Shown: positions 56,181-64,000 of the stretch, in pieces
Numbering within the stretch: position 1 is the stretch's first letter
How the letters are laid out: every line of letters starts with the position of its first letter
Assembly: GCA_033581555.1 (NCBI GenBank)
Contig: JAVQSZ010000003.1
Span: 1-64,000 of the forward strand
Reading direction: 5' to 3'
DNA: 64,000 nt
Origin: Nitrososphaerota archaeon
GTDB taxonomy: Archaea; Thermoproteota; Nitrososphaeria_A; Caldarchaeales; Calditenuaceae
Notes under the pieces: generated by a model
Told to the model about the DNA's origin: nothing
Databases searched by the model: none
Seen by the model: only the letters and a program-made list of their open reading frames with translations
Made by a program: the position numbers and the translations under genes

Positions 56181-57461
56181 ATGTCCCAGACGGGTTTCGT
56201 TGGCAAGACCTCCCAGACCGTGGCAGCGGTGCTGATCGCGGTCTCGCTGATCACGGGGTTCGTGTTCGGCGCAGCGGCCGCACCGGCGATCTTCCCGCCA
56301 CCTACCCGGACTCAGACCGTCACACAGACCGCGACGCTGGCGACGACGGTGGTCCGGACGACCCAAGTGGTAACGACATCCCTCGTGGTAACAACGTCGC
56401 TCGTCACGGTAACGCAGCGGGTCGAGGTCGTCGAGCCTCCGGTCAAGTACGCGAAGCTCTTCAGCATCGAGAGGAGGGACGGGTTCACCGTCCTCAGGGA
56501 CGGGGTCAACAGGACGATCCTTCTGGTGCCGAAGGGCAGGACCGCGCCCGACATAAAGGCGGACCTCGTCGTGACGGTTCCGGTCGAGCGGATGGTCCTG
56601 ATGTCAGCGACCCACGTGGCGCTGATCGAGAGGCTGAGGGAGTACGCGCCCGACTTGCTGACCAGGGTCAAGGGAATAATGTGGGGGAACTCCTATCGGT
56701 GGTTCTTCCCGGAGATCGATAAGGCCCTGAAGGACGGCAGGATCGCTGACGTCGGGGCCGCGTTTTCGCCGAACTACGAGGCGATCGTCGCGCTGAGGCC
56801 CGACCTGGTCATGATCTACACGTACCCCGGCGACCCGATACCGTCGAAGCTCGCTGAGCTGAAGCTGCCGTACGTCGTCAACAGCGAGTACCTTGAGGAC
56901 ACGCTGCTCGGGAGGTTCGAGTGGATCAAGTTCGTCGGCGCGTTCCTCGGGTTGGACGAGGAGGCCAGGACCGTCTTCAGGTACGTCGAGGCGTCCTATC
57001 AGCTGACCGTTGAGAAGGTGGCTGGCGCGATCGACGCGAAGCTGGCGACCCCGAAGAAGATCGTCTGGTTCTCGGTCTTCAGGGGCACGGTCTACGTCGC
57101 GGCCGGAGGTAGCTACGTCGCCAAGGCGATCGGCGACCTCAAGGGGGTCTACGCCTTCTCGGACGTCAGGGGGACCGGGAGCGGCACCGTGACGATGGAG
57201 GAGCTGGTGAAGCGGGCCGCTGACGCGGACGTGATCATGCTCTCGACCGACCTGGTGGCGTCGCTGGACGCGCTGCTGGCTGAGGTTCCTGGCCTCGCTG
57301 GGTCGAAGGCGGTGAGGGAGGGCCGGGTCTTCAGGTACAACTCGAACATCTTCCAGCTCGGCTACTACGACACTGAGGGTTGGTTCAGGGACCTTGCGGC
57401 GGTCCTCTACCCGGAGCTTTTCAAGGACCACCAGCTGAACTACTACGTTAGGCTCCGGTGA
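56181..57461 (+). CDS. ABC transporter substrate-binding protein (cobalamin/Fe-siderophore class)
   Basis: N-terminal TM + Thr-rich linker; VPVERMV, NYEAIVALRPDLV, EYLE...LGRFEWIKF. Confidence 0.85.
   Translation: MSQTGFVGKTSQTVAAVLIAVSLITGFVFGAAAAPAIFPPPTRTQTVTQTATLATTVVRTTQVVTTSLVVTTSLVTVTQRVEVVEPPVKYAKLFSIERRDGFTVLRDGVNRTILLVPKGRTAPDIKADLVVTVPVERMVLMSATHVALIERLREYAPDLLTRVKGIMWGNSYRWFFPEIDKALKDGRIADVGAAFSPNYEAIVALRPDLVMIYTYPGDPIPSKLAELKLPYVVNSEYLEDTLLGRFEWIKFVGAFLGLDEEARTVFRYVEASYQLTVEKVAGAIDAKLATPKKIVWFSVFRGTVYVAAGGSYVAKAIGDLKGVYAFSDVRGTGSGTVTMEELVKRAADADVIMLSTDLVASLDALLAEVPGLAGSKAVREGRVFRYNSNIFQLGYYDTEGWFRDLAAVLYPELFKDHQLNYYVRLR
56367..56402 (+). repeat. imperfect 18-bp tandem repeat (VVTTSL x2) in Thr-rich linker
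   Basis: GTGGTAACGACATCCCTC / GTGGTAACAACGTCGCTC. Confidence 0.6.
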
Positions 57462-58471
57462 CCCGATTTTTGAGGCACTGGCCGCTCCCGCTCCTCGGAG
57501 CCTCTTTATTCGGTTCCTTGCTCCTCTCGGTCTCGACGGGGACGGTCAGGATACCCTTTGAGGTAGCGGTCGCCCACGTCTTCGGGCTTAGCTCCGCCGA
57601 CCGCGTCACCGCGGCCGTCCTCGACATCAGGACGCTGAGGGTGTTGGCGGCGGCGATCACCGGCGCGTGCCTCGGCGCCTCCGGGGCCCTGCTCCAGTCG
57701 CTCTTCCGAAACCCCCTCGCGGACCCGTTCGTCCTCGGGATATCGTCGGGCTCGTCGCTCGCGATCGCGCTGACGCTGGTCTTCGGACTCGGGGGCGGCC
57801 TGATCTCCCAGTACGACCCCTATGCCCTTTACGCGGCAGGAGCGGTCGGCGCCCTCCTCACGTCGCTCCTGGTCATCTCGCTCTCGTCGGTGGTCCAGTC
57901 GGTCTCCTCGATCGTCCTCGTCGGCGTGATGATCGGGTACCTTAACTCCGGGCTTACCGCCCTCGTGGTCTTCCTCTCGGAGGTCGAGAGGGCCAGGGCC
58001 TTCAGCTTCTGGACGCTCGGGAGCTTCGGGGCCGCGAAGTGGTCGATCCTCCTCCCGCTCCTTCCGGTCTCGGTCGCGACGCTCCTCACTATGCTCCTCA
58101 TGGCGAAGCCCCTGAACGCACTAGCTTTCGGGGACGAGACCGCGGTCTCGATGGGCGTGAGGCTCAGACTAACGAACGTCGCGACGGTCGCGGTGGCGGC
58201 CTCTGCGCTCAGTGCCTCGACGTTGATCGCGGGGCCGATCGGCTTCATCGGGCTCGCCTCCGCCCATATCGTGAAGCTGACCCTTGACACCTCCGACAAC
58301 AGAGTCGTGATCCCGCTCTCTGCGGTCGTCGGCGCGACGGTCGCGATCCTTTCCGACCTCGCCGCGAGGTCGCTGTTGGCTCCGCTCGACCTCCCGGTCA
58401 CGGCGGTCACCTCGATCTTCGGCGCTCCGCTCCTCGTGTTCCTGGTCCTCAGGAGGAGGGCGTGGAGTTGA
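57458..58471 (+). CDS. FecCD/BtuC family ABC permease
   Basis: LQSLFRNPLADPFVLGISSG, GPIGFIGL, LPV..VTS.FGAP. Confidence 0.92.
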   Translation: MTRFLRHWPLPLLGASLFGSLLLSVSTGTVRIPFEVAVAHVFGLSSADRVTAAVLDIRTLRVLAAAITGACLGASGALLQSLFRNPLADPFVLGISSGSSLAIALTLVFGLGGGLISQYDPYALYAAGAVGALLTSLLVISLSSVVQSVSSIVLVGVMIGYLNSGLTALVVFLSEVERARAFSFWTLGSFGAAKWSILLPLLPVSVATLLTMLLMAKPLNALAFGDETAVSMGVRLRLTNVATVAVAASALSASTLIAGPIGFIGLASAHIVKLTLDTSDNRVVIPLSAVVGATVAILSDLAARSLLAPLDLPVTAVTSIFGAPLLVFLVLRRRAWS

Positions 58472-59685
58472 TCGAGGCCAGGGCGCTCTCGGTGGGGTAC
58501 GGCGCGAAGGTCGTGTTGGGTAATGTTGAGCTCGAGGTGCGGCCCGGCGAGCTGACCCTTCTGATCGGGCCCAACGCTTCTGGCAAGTCGACGCTCCTTA
58601 AGACGCTGGCAGGCGTCCTGAAGCCGGTCATGGGCGCGGTCTACGTCTCGGGCTCTGAGCTCCATGGGCTATCGCCCCGGGAGAGGGCGAAGAAGGTGAG
58701 CGCGGTCTTCACGGGCAGGCCCAATTTAGGCGCGATGACCGTCGAGGAGGTCGTCGCGATGGGGAGGTACCCGTGGACGAACCTGGCCCACCTCCTCTCC
58801 GAGGAGGACAGGAGGGCCGTAGAAGGGGCGATGAAAGACGTGGGGGTCCTCCAGCTGAGGCGCAGGAAGGTCTCTGAGCTCAGCGACGGCCAGTTCCAGC
58901 GGGTCATGATCGCGAGGGCCCTCGCCCAGTCTCCCCGGTGCCTCGTCCTCGACGAACCGACGACCCACCTCGACGTGAGGTCCCGCCTGGAGGTGATGGG
59001 GCTGCTCCTCAGGCTCACGAGGACTAGGGGGATCGCCGCGATCGCCTCGACCCACGAGCTAGAGCTGGCCCTTAGGTTCGCCGACAGGATAGTCGCGATC
59101 CTCGACGGTTCGATCGTGGTGAGGGACGACCCCGAGGACCTCCTCAGGGAAGAGGCGTTCCTGAGGGGCTTCGGGCTGAACGGAGAGCTCACGATCTCCC
59201 CAGCGACCCTCTCGGTCGAGTTCAGGCGCGGCTCTTCGCAAGGCTCTCCGCGGGTCTTCGTGATCGCGGGGGCCGGGACCGGCTCAAGGGTCTTCAGGGC
59301 CTTGACCAGGAGGGGCGTCAGGGTCCTGACGGGCGTCCTGCACCGGAACGACGTCGACCACCACGTAGCGGCGTCGATGGGGATAGAGGTGATCTCGGAG
59401 GAGCCCTTTCACCCGATCAGTGAGGCGAGCTACTCGGCTGCGCTCTCGACCGCCCTCGGGTCAGACGCGGTCGTCTACGCTTCGCCCCCCATCGGCCCGT
59501 TGAACAGGAGGAACGTCGACCTCGCGAAGGAGCTGGTCAGAGCGGGCAGGAGGGTCCTGGTGATGCCCGGGGTCTCGTCGGGACTTGTGAGGGGCGCGGA
59601 GGAGGTGGAGGGCGTGGGGAGGCTGATCGAGGAGCTCGTCGGGGCCGGGGACAGGGTTAAGTGGGCTGAGGCCCGGTCAGGCTGA
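58462..59685 (+). CDS. ABC ATPase (FecE/BtuD-like) with C-terminal extension
   Basis: GPNASGKSTLL, LSDGQFQR, LDEPTTHLD; ~140-aa extension (VFVIAGAGTG...GVLHRNDVD). Confidence 0.9.
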   Translation: MELIEARALSVGYGAKVVLGNVELEVRPGELTLLIGPNASGKSTLLKTLAGVLKPVMGAVYVSGSELHGLSPRERAKKVSAVFTGRPNLGAMTVEEVVAMGRYPWTNLAHLLSEEDRRAVEGAMKDVGVLQLRRRKVSELSDGQFQRVMIARALAQSPRCLVLDEPTTHLDVRSRLEVMGLLLRLTRTRGIAAIASTHELELALRFADRIVAILDGSIVVRDDPEDLLREEAFLRGFGLNGELTISPATLSVEFRRGSSQGSPRVFVIAGAGTGSRVFRALTRRGVRVLTGVLHRNDVDHHVAASMGIEVISEEPFHPISEASYSAALSTALGSDAVVYASPPIGPLNRRNVDLAKELVRAGRRVLVMPGVSSGLVRGAEEVEGVGRLIEELVGAGDRVKWAEARSG

Positions 59686-60336
59686 GTGAGCGGGCTGCCG
59701 CGGCACTACGTCGGGTTCTTCGAGCTCGTCCAGGGGGCGCTCTCGAGGCTCGTGAGGCTGGAGCACCTCCACGTCTCAGGACCGGTGAGGGTCTGCGCCG
59801 CCGACGCCTCGTACTCTGACGGGGTGGGGAGGGCCGGGTGCGTGGTGGTGAGCCTGCCCGACTGGAGGGTCATCGAGGAGAGGTCGGCTGAGCTGGAGGT
59901 CCTCTTCCCGTACGTTCCAGGCCTCCTCTTCCTCAGGGAGGGGCCCTTAGTCGTCGAGTGCGTCAGCGGACTGAGGGAGGAGTTCTCGGTCCTCGTGGTG
60001 AACGGCCACGGCGTCGCACACCCAAGGCGCGCTGGGCTCGCGTCGGTCGTAGGGCTGCTCCTCTCGGTCCCGACCGTCGGCGTCGCGGGTTCCCTGCTGG
60101 TCGGAGAGGCGAGGTGGAGGGGCTCGGTGGGCGACGTGGTCCTAAGAAACGAGGTGGTCGGCAGGTGCTACAGGACGCCGGGAGGAGAAGAGTACTTCGT
60201 CAGCCCGGGCCACCTCACGGACCTCGAGACCGTCGACGAGCTATTGGACCTCACTGGGATGAGGCTTCACGAGCTGGTGGGACTGGCGGACCTCATCGCC
60301 TCTCGCCGGAGGCCCTCGCGACCAGCTGGGGCTTGA
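59686..60336 (+). CDS. nfi: endonuclease V-like protein
   Basis: D.SY, FPYVPGLLFLREG, GHGVAHPRRAGLAS, VSPGH. Confidence 0.82.
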   Translation: MSGLPRHYVGFFELVQGALSRLVRLEHLHVSGPVRVCAADASYSDGVGRAGCVVVSLPDWRVIEERSAELEVLFPYVPGLLFLREGPLVVECVSGLREEFSVLVVNGHGVAHPRRAGLASVVGLLLSVPTVGVAGSLLVGEARWRGSVGDVVLRNEVVGRCYRTPGGEEYFVSPGHLTDLETVDELLDLTGMRLHELVGLADLIASRRRPSRPAGA

Positions 60337-61270
60337 GTTGCCCGAGCTTCACGCCCTCCACGAACCTCACCGCCTCAAGGGCCGCCATGCACCCGAACCC
60401 CGCCGCGGTTATCGCCTGCTTGTACTTCTTGTCATGGACGTCGCCCGCCGCGAAGACCCCGTCGACGCTCGTCTTGACGAATTCCCTCGTTACGATGTAA
60501 CCCTCCTCGTCGAGCTCGACCCAGCCCCTCAGGAACTCGGTGGCCGGCGCGTGTCCGATCGCGACGAAGACCGCGTCGCACTCGATCACGCTGGTCTCTC
60601 CGGTCTTCACGTTCCTCACCCTCACGGCCCTCACCTTCACGTCCCCGAGGATCTCCTCGACGACGCTGTTCCACACGAATGATATCTTCGGGTTGGCGAA
60701 GGCCCTGTCCTGCATCGCCTTCGAGGCCCTCAGCCTGTCCCTCCTGTGGATAACCGTCACCCTCTCGGCGAGGTTCGCGCAGAATAGGGCGTACTCCATG
60801 GCCGAGTCGCCCCCGCCCACCACCACTATGTTCTTCGCGCCCTTGAAGAGCGGGGCGTCGCAGGTCGCGCAGCTCGAGACTCCCCTCCCGATGAACCTCT
60901 TCTCGGACTCGAGGCCGAGCCACTTGGAGGCCGCTCCGGTCGCGACGACGATCGAGAGCGCCGAATACTCCGAGTCTCCGGCGTAGACCTTGAACGGGTA
61001 CGTCGAGAGGTCCAACGCCCTCACGTCCTCGTAGACCACCTCCGCGCCAGCCCGTTCCGCCTGTTCCCTCATCCTGTCCATCAGGTCCGGCCCGTTCACG
61101 CCATCTGGGAATCCCGGGAAGTTCTCGACTACCGTCGTGAGCATCAGCTGGCCTCCAGGGGTCACGCCCGCTATCATCAGCGTCTTCATTCCGGCCCTTG
61201 CGGCGTAGATCGCTGCCGTGCAGCCCGCGGGCCCCGACCCGATCACGACGACGTCGTAGGGCTCGGTCAC
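60293..61270 (-). CDS. trxB: thioredoxin reductase
   Basis: GSGPAG, GGQL, CATCD, GGGDSA, HRRD, FAAGDV. Confidence 0.95.
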   Translation of the reverse strand: MTEPYDVVVIGSGPAGCTAAIYAARAGMKTLMIAGVTPGGQLMLTTVVENFPGFPDGVNGPDLMDRMREQAERAGAEVVYEDVRALDLSTYPFKVYAGDSEYSALSIVVATGAASKWLGLESEKRFIGRGVSSCATCDAPLFKGAKNIVVVGGGDSAMEYALFCANLAERVTVIHRRDRLRASKAMQDRAFANPKISFVWNSVVEEILGDVKVRAVRVRNVKTGETSVIECDAVFVAIGHAPATEFLRGWVELDEEGYIVTREFVKTSVDGVFAAGDVHDKKYKQAITAAGFGCMAALEAVRFVEGVKLGQLKPQLVARASGERR

Positions 61271-61469
61271 CGGGCCGTCACCGTCCCGTGGGCTCTATTA
61301 AACCTCCTCAGGGCCGTCCGGTGCGGTACATACGACGCGGTCCCTGTTGAGCGCGTGTCCGGCTCACCGCGGCGATGGCGGGCGCCCGGTCAGGAACCCT
61401 GGCCAGCGTAGGAAGGCGATGCGGAGCCGCTCATCGCTGTCAGAAGTCTTATAATTCCATGGTTCCCGA

Positions 61470-61787
61470 GTGTTCGGAATGACTCCCCAGGGAGGAGTGG
61501 TCGATCCAGGGCTGGTGGCCTCGATCATTTGGTTCGCGATCGGGTTCGGGGCGGGGATGTTCGTCATCCGCTTCTGGGCGGTGGTGCTGGCCGCGATAAT
61601 CGTGGCGCTGATAGCCCCTCTGATCCTCGCTCCCCTCGGCGTCACCCTAAGCCCCGAGCTCGTAATAGGCACGGCGGTCGGCGGCGTCGAGTGGTTCGCG
61701 AGGTTCCTGGTATCCAGGGCGCCGATGTTCGCCGGGTTCATCGTCGGGCTGGTCCTGAGTCTGTTCCTAAAGTTCCTCAGGGGCTGA
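61470..61787 (+). CDS. small membrane protein (FUN14-like)
   Basis: Three hydrophobic segments; IGF..G and AGFIVG motifs; TATA-like TTATAA at about 61449. Confidence 0.55.
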   Translation: MFGMTPQGGVVDPGLVASIIWFAIGFGAGMFVIRFWAVVLAAIIVALIAPLILAPLGVTLSPELVIGTAVGGVEWFARFLVSRAPMFAGFIVGLVLSLFLKFLRG

Positions 61788-61863
61788 GCGGGCAGGAAGA
61801 GGTCGGGGCTGAGTCTCAACCCGGCTGAAGACGTTTAATGTGGGTCCATGCGGCGAAGAGGGG

Positions 61864-62796
61864 ATGAGGTGCGTCCGCTGTGGCAGCGAGGGTGCGAGGT
61901 ACGCGCTCTCCTTCGCGAGGGCAGCGTTCTGCAGGGAGTGCTACGTCTCCCGCTTCGAGAGGAAGCTGAGGTCGACGGTCCTGAAGTACGGCATGCATAG
62001 GGTGATGAGGAGGACGCTGGTCGCGGTCTCAGGGGGGAAGGACAGCGTCGCGCTGCTCGCGGGCCTCAAGAGGGCCTTCGGGGACCTGGACCTGACCGCG
62101 CTCTACATCGACCTCGGCATACCGAACTACTCTGAGAGGTCAGAGGAGGTGGTGAGGAGGGTCTGCGAGCGGCTCGGCGTCCCTCTGATGGTTCACGAAC
62201 TCAAGTCCTCCGAGGGCGTCTCTATACCCGAGCTCGCGGTCGGTAGGTTCAGGAGGAAGCCCTGTGCGGTCTGCGGGACCGTGAAGAGGCACGTCCTGAA
62301 CAGGATCGCGGTCGAGAACGGGTTCGACACGGTCGCGACGGGCCACAACCTCGACGACACGGTCGAGGTCCTCTTCGAGCTCTACAGGAGGGGCCTTCTG
62401 GAGGAGGCCGCGAGGCTGAGGCCGGTACTCCTGGGCAACGGAGCGAACCTCGCGAACAGGGTTAAGCCGCTCTTCGAGATGACCGACGAGGAGGACCTCT
62501 ACTACGTCGACGCCCTCGAGCTGGAGCACGTCGACTCCTGGTGCCCTTTGGTCAGGGGATCCCGAATGGTCTCGAGGAAGCAGCTCGTCCTCGAGATCGA
62601 GTCCAAAATACCCGGGTTCAGGCACACCCTCCTCAAGGCACACGTCAAGAGGGTCCTTCCGCTCCTCGACGCGGCCGTCCCGAGGGTAGAGACTAGGCCC
62701 TGCAAGTCCTGTGGTCAGCCGACGACCTCCGACGTCTGTGCTTACTGCAGGACGGTCACAGGCTTGAAGGCTAGGGCCCCTGGCCCTGGCGGCTGA
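61864..62796 (+). CDS. ttuA: tRNA 2-thiolation protein TtuA/Ncs6 family
   Basis: N- and C-terminal Zn fingers, PP-loop SGGKDS, CAVCG, TGHNLDD, CP. Confidence 0.88.
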   Translation: MRCVRCGSEGARYALSFARAAFCRECYVSRFERKLRSTVLKYGMHRVMRRTLVAVSGGKDSVALLAGLKRAFGDLDLTALYIDLGIPNYSERSEEVVRRVCERLGVPLMVHELKSSEGVSIPELAVGRFRRKPCAVCGTVKRHVLNRIAVENGFDTVATGHNLDDTVEVLFELYRRGLLEEAARLRPVLLGNGANLANRVKPLFEMTDEEDLYYVDALELEHVDSWCPLVRGSRMVSRKQLVLEIESKIPGFRHTLLKAHVKRVLPLLDAAVPRVETRPCKSCGQPTTSDVCAYCRTVTGLKARAPGPGG

Positions 62797-63259
62797 GCTG
62801 GGCGCTCGGGGAGACCAGCTGGTACCTCACCTCGGACTTGAGGACCCTCGTTGTGACGAAGACGTGGACCTCCCTCACCCCCTCGATCCTCCTGACCGCG
62901 CTCACCCTCCCCTGGAGGTCCTGCAGGTCGGTCCCGAAGACGACAGCGATCAGGTCGTACTCGCCGCTCAGCTGGTAGACGTTCGTGACCTCCCTCATGC
63001 CGATCAACCTCTCCGCGACCGACTCCAACCTCCCCGGCTCGACCTTGATCATCAGGGCCGCCGATACCGTCAGGCCTAGGGCCCTCGGGTCGAGCAGGAC
63101 CGTGAACCTCCTGATCACGCCGTTCCTCATCAGCCTCCTGATCCTGTACCGGATCGTGTTCTGGTGGACGCCAAGCCTTCGCGCAATCTCCGCCGCGGTC
63201 CTCCTCGAGTCCTCCTGGAGGGCGTCGATGATCCTCGCGTCGAGCTCGTCGATCTTCAA
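62771..63259 (-). CDS. Lrp/AsnC transcriptional regulator
   Basis: IDELD..II..LQED.R...EIA..LG....IR.RI.RL...GVI; GEYDL. Confidence 0.92.
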   Translation of the reverse strand: MKIDELDARIIDALQEDSRRTAAEIARRLGVHQNTIRYRIRRLMRNGVIRRFTVLLDPRALGLTVSAALMIKVEPGRLESVAERLIGMREVTNVYQLSGEYDLIAVVFGTDLQDLQGRVSAVRRIEGVREVHVFVTTRVLKSEVRYQLVSPSAQLSRQGQGP

Positions 63260-63382
63260 CCCCGGACTGACTTCCGGCCGGCAGGATTTAGCTTCACGGA
63301 CCTCCAGGAGCGCGATCGGCTCCGAGGAATGGGGCGCAGCGCGTCCTCAGGATTTATATGGTGAGCGGATCCGGTGGGGCCG

Positions 63383-64000
63383 ATGGGTTCCTCCGCGGCG
63401 ATCGAGTACACCTCGATCTACGAGATCAGGGGTCCTCTGGTCATCGTCGACAAGGTCGAGAGGGCGAAGTACGAGGAGCTCGTCGAGGTCGAGACCGCGA
63501 CCGGCGAGCGGAGGCTCGGGAGGGTCATCGAGGTCGGGGGTGGGAAGGCGGTGGTCCAGGTCTTCGAAGGGACAAGGGGCCTCTCGATCGAGGGGACGAA
63601 GGCGAGGTTCCTCGGGACGACGCTGAGGTGGGGCGTCTCGACCGAGTGCCTCGGGAGGGTCTTCGACGGCCTCGGCAGACCGATCGACGGGCTGACGGCA
63701 CCGTACGCCGAGGACTTCAGGGACGTTAACGGCGAGCCTATCAACCCGGAGAGGAGGGAGTACCCGTCGGAGTTCATCCAGACCGGGGTCTCCGCGATCG
63801 ACGTGATGAACAGCCTCGTTCGGGGGCAGAAGCTCCCTATCTTCAGCGGGTCCGGGCTCCCCCACAACGTCCTCGCGGCCCAGATCGCGAGGCAGGCGAC
63901 CGTCCCTGGGAAGGAGGAGGAGTTCGCGGTGATCTTCGCAGCGATCGGCGTCCAGAACGACGAGGCCAGGTACTTCAGGTCGAGCTTGGAGGAGAGCGGC
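63383..64000 (+). CDS. atpB: A/V-type ATP synthase subunit B (5' part, runs off the window)
   Basis: Translated by hand: [56 protein letters not shown]. Confidence 0.93.
   Translation, partial: MGSSAAIEYTSIYEIRGPLVIVDKVERAKYEELVEVETATGERRLGRVIEVGGGKAVVQVFEGTRGLSIEGTKARFLGTTLRWGVSTECLGRVFDGLGRPIDGLTAPYAEDFRDVNGEPINPERREYPSEFIQTGVSAIDVMNSLVRGQKLPIFSGSGLPHNVLAAQIARQATVPGKEEEFAVIFAAIGVQNDEARYFRSSLEESG

Noticed and set aside
61275-61445. Possible SRP or other ncRNA in the trxB upstream gap
   Set aside because: GC-rich, but I could not build the SRP helix-8 or any other recognisable fold; an Infernal search would be needed.
1-64000. CRISPR array, IS element, integrase or provirus, including at the tRNA 3' end
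   Set aside because: No regularly spaced repeats, transposase or integrase motifs, or duplicated tRNA end were seen by eye.

Overview
High-GC, gene-dense archaeal chromosome segment. The gene set (aIF2-alpha, Nop10, PriL, RadA, Cdc48, proteasome alpha, Csl4, Rpo7/Rpo11/Spt4, S4e/S27e/S27ae/L44e, a BHB-intron tRNA, TATA-box promoters) suggests a thermophilic TACK archaeon; Aigarchaeota/Caldarchaeales is my inference. Most of the window is housekeeping: a fragmented S10/spc operon, guaA, ilvC, rtcB, class II RNR, rnz, trxB, ttuA, a Btu/Fec-type ABC importer and the 5' part of atpB. I see no CRISPR array, transposase, integrase, rRNA or intein. The strongest leads are: (1) a 7-gene minus-strand cluster (27970-33550) of three paralogous Zn-ribbon proteins, an SPFH/Band-7 protein with Zn ribbons, a helical protein, a small membrane protein and a PH-like protein, resembling a PspA-less version of the Bacillus pspA-ydjGHI envelope system; (2) an acetate module (small subunit + ActP + CBS/DUF294 nucleotidyltransferase + DEDDh exonuclease-like + acs) that could be a nucleotidylation writer/eraser switch; (3) a MaoC hydratase pair inserted antisense inside the ribosomal operon; (4) a Zn-ribbon/CdvA-like coiled-coil protein; (5) tRNA-Val(TAC) with a non-canonical intron; (6) apparent CTG/ACG start codons. 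All family calls are from motif recognition by eye, not database searches.
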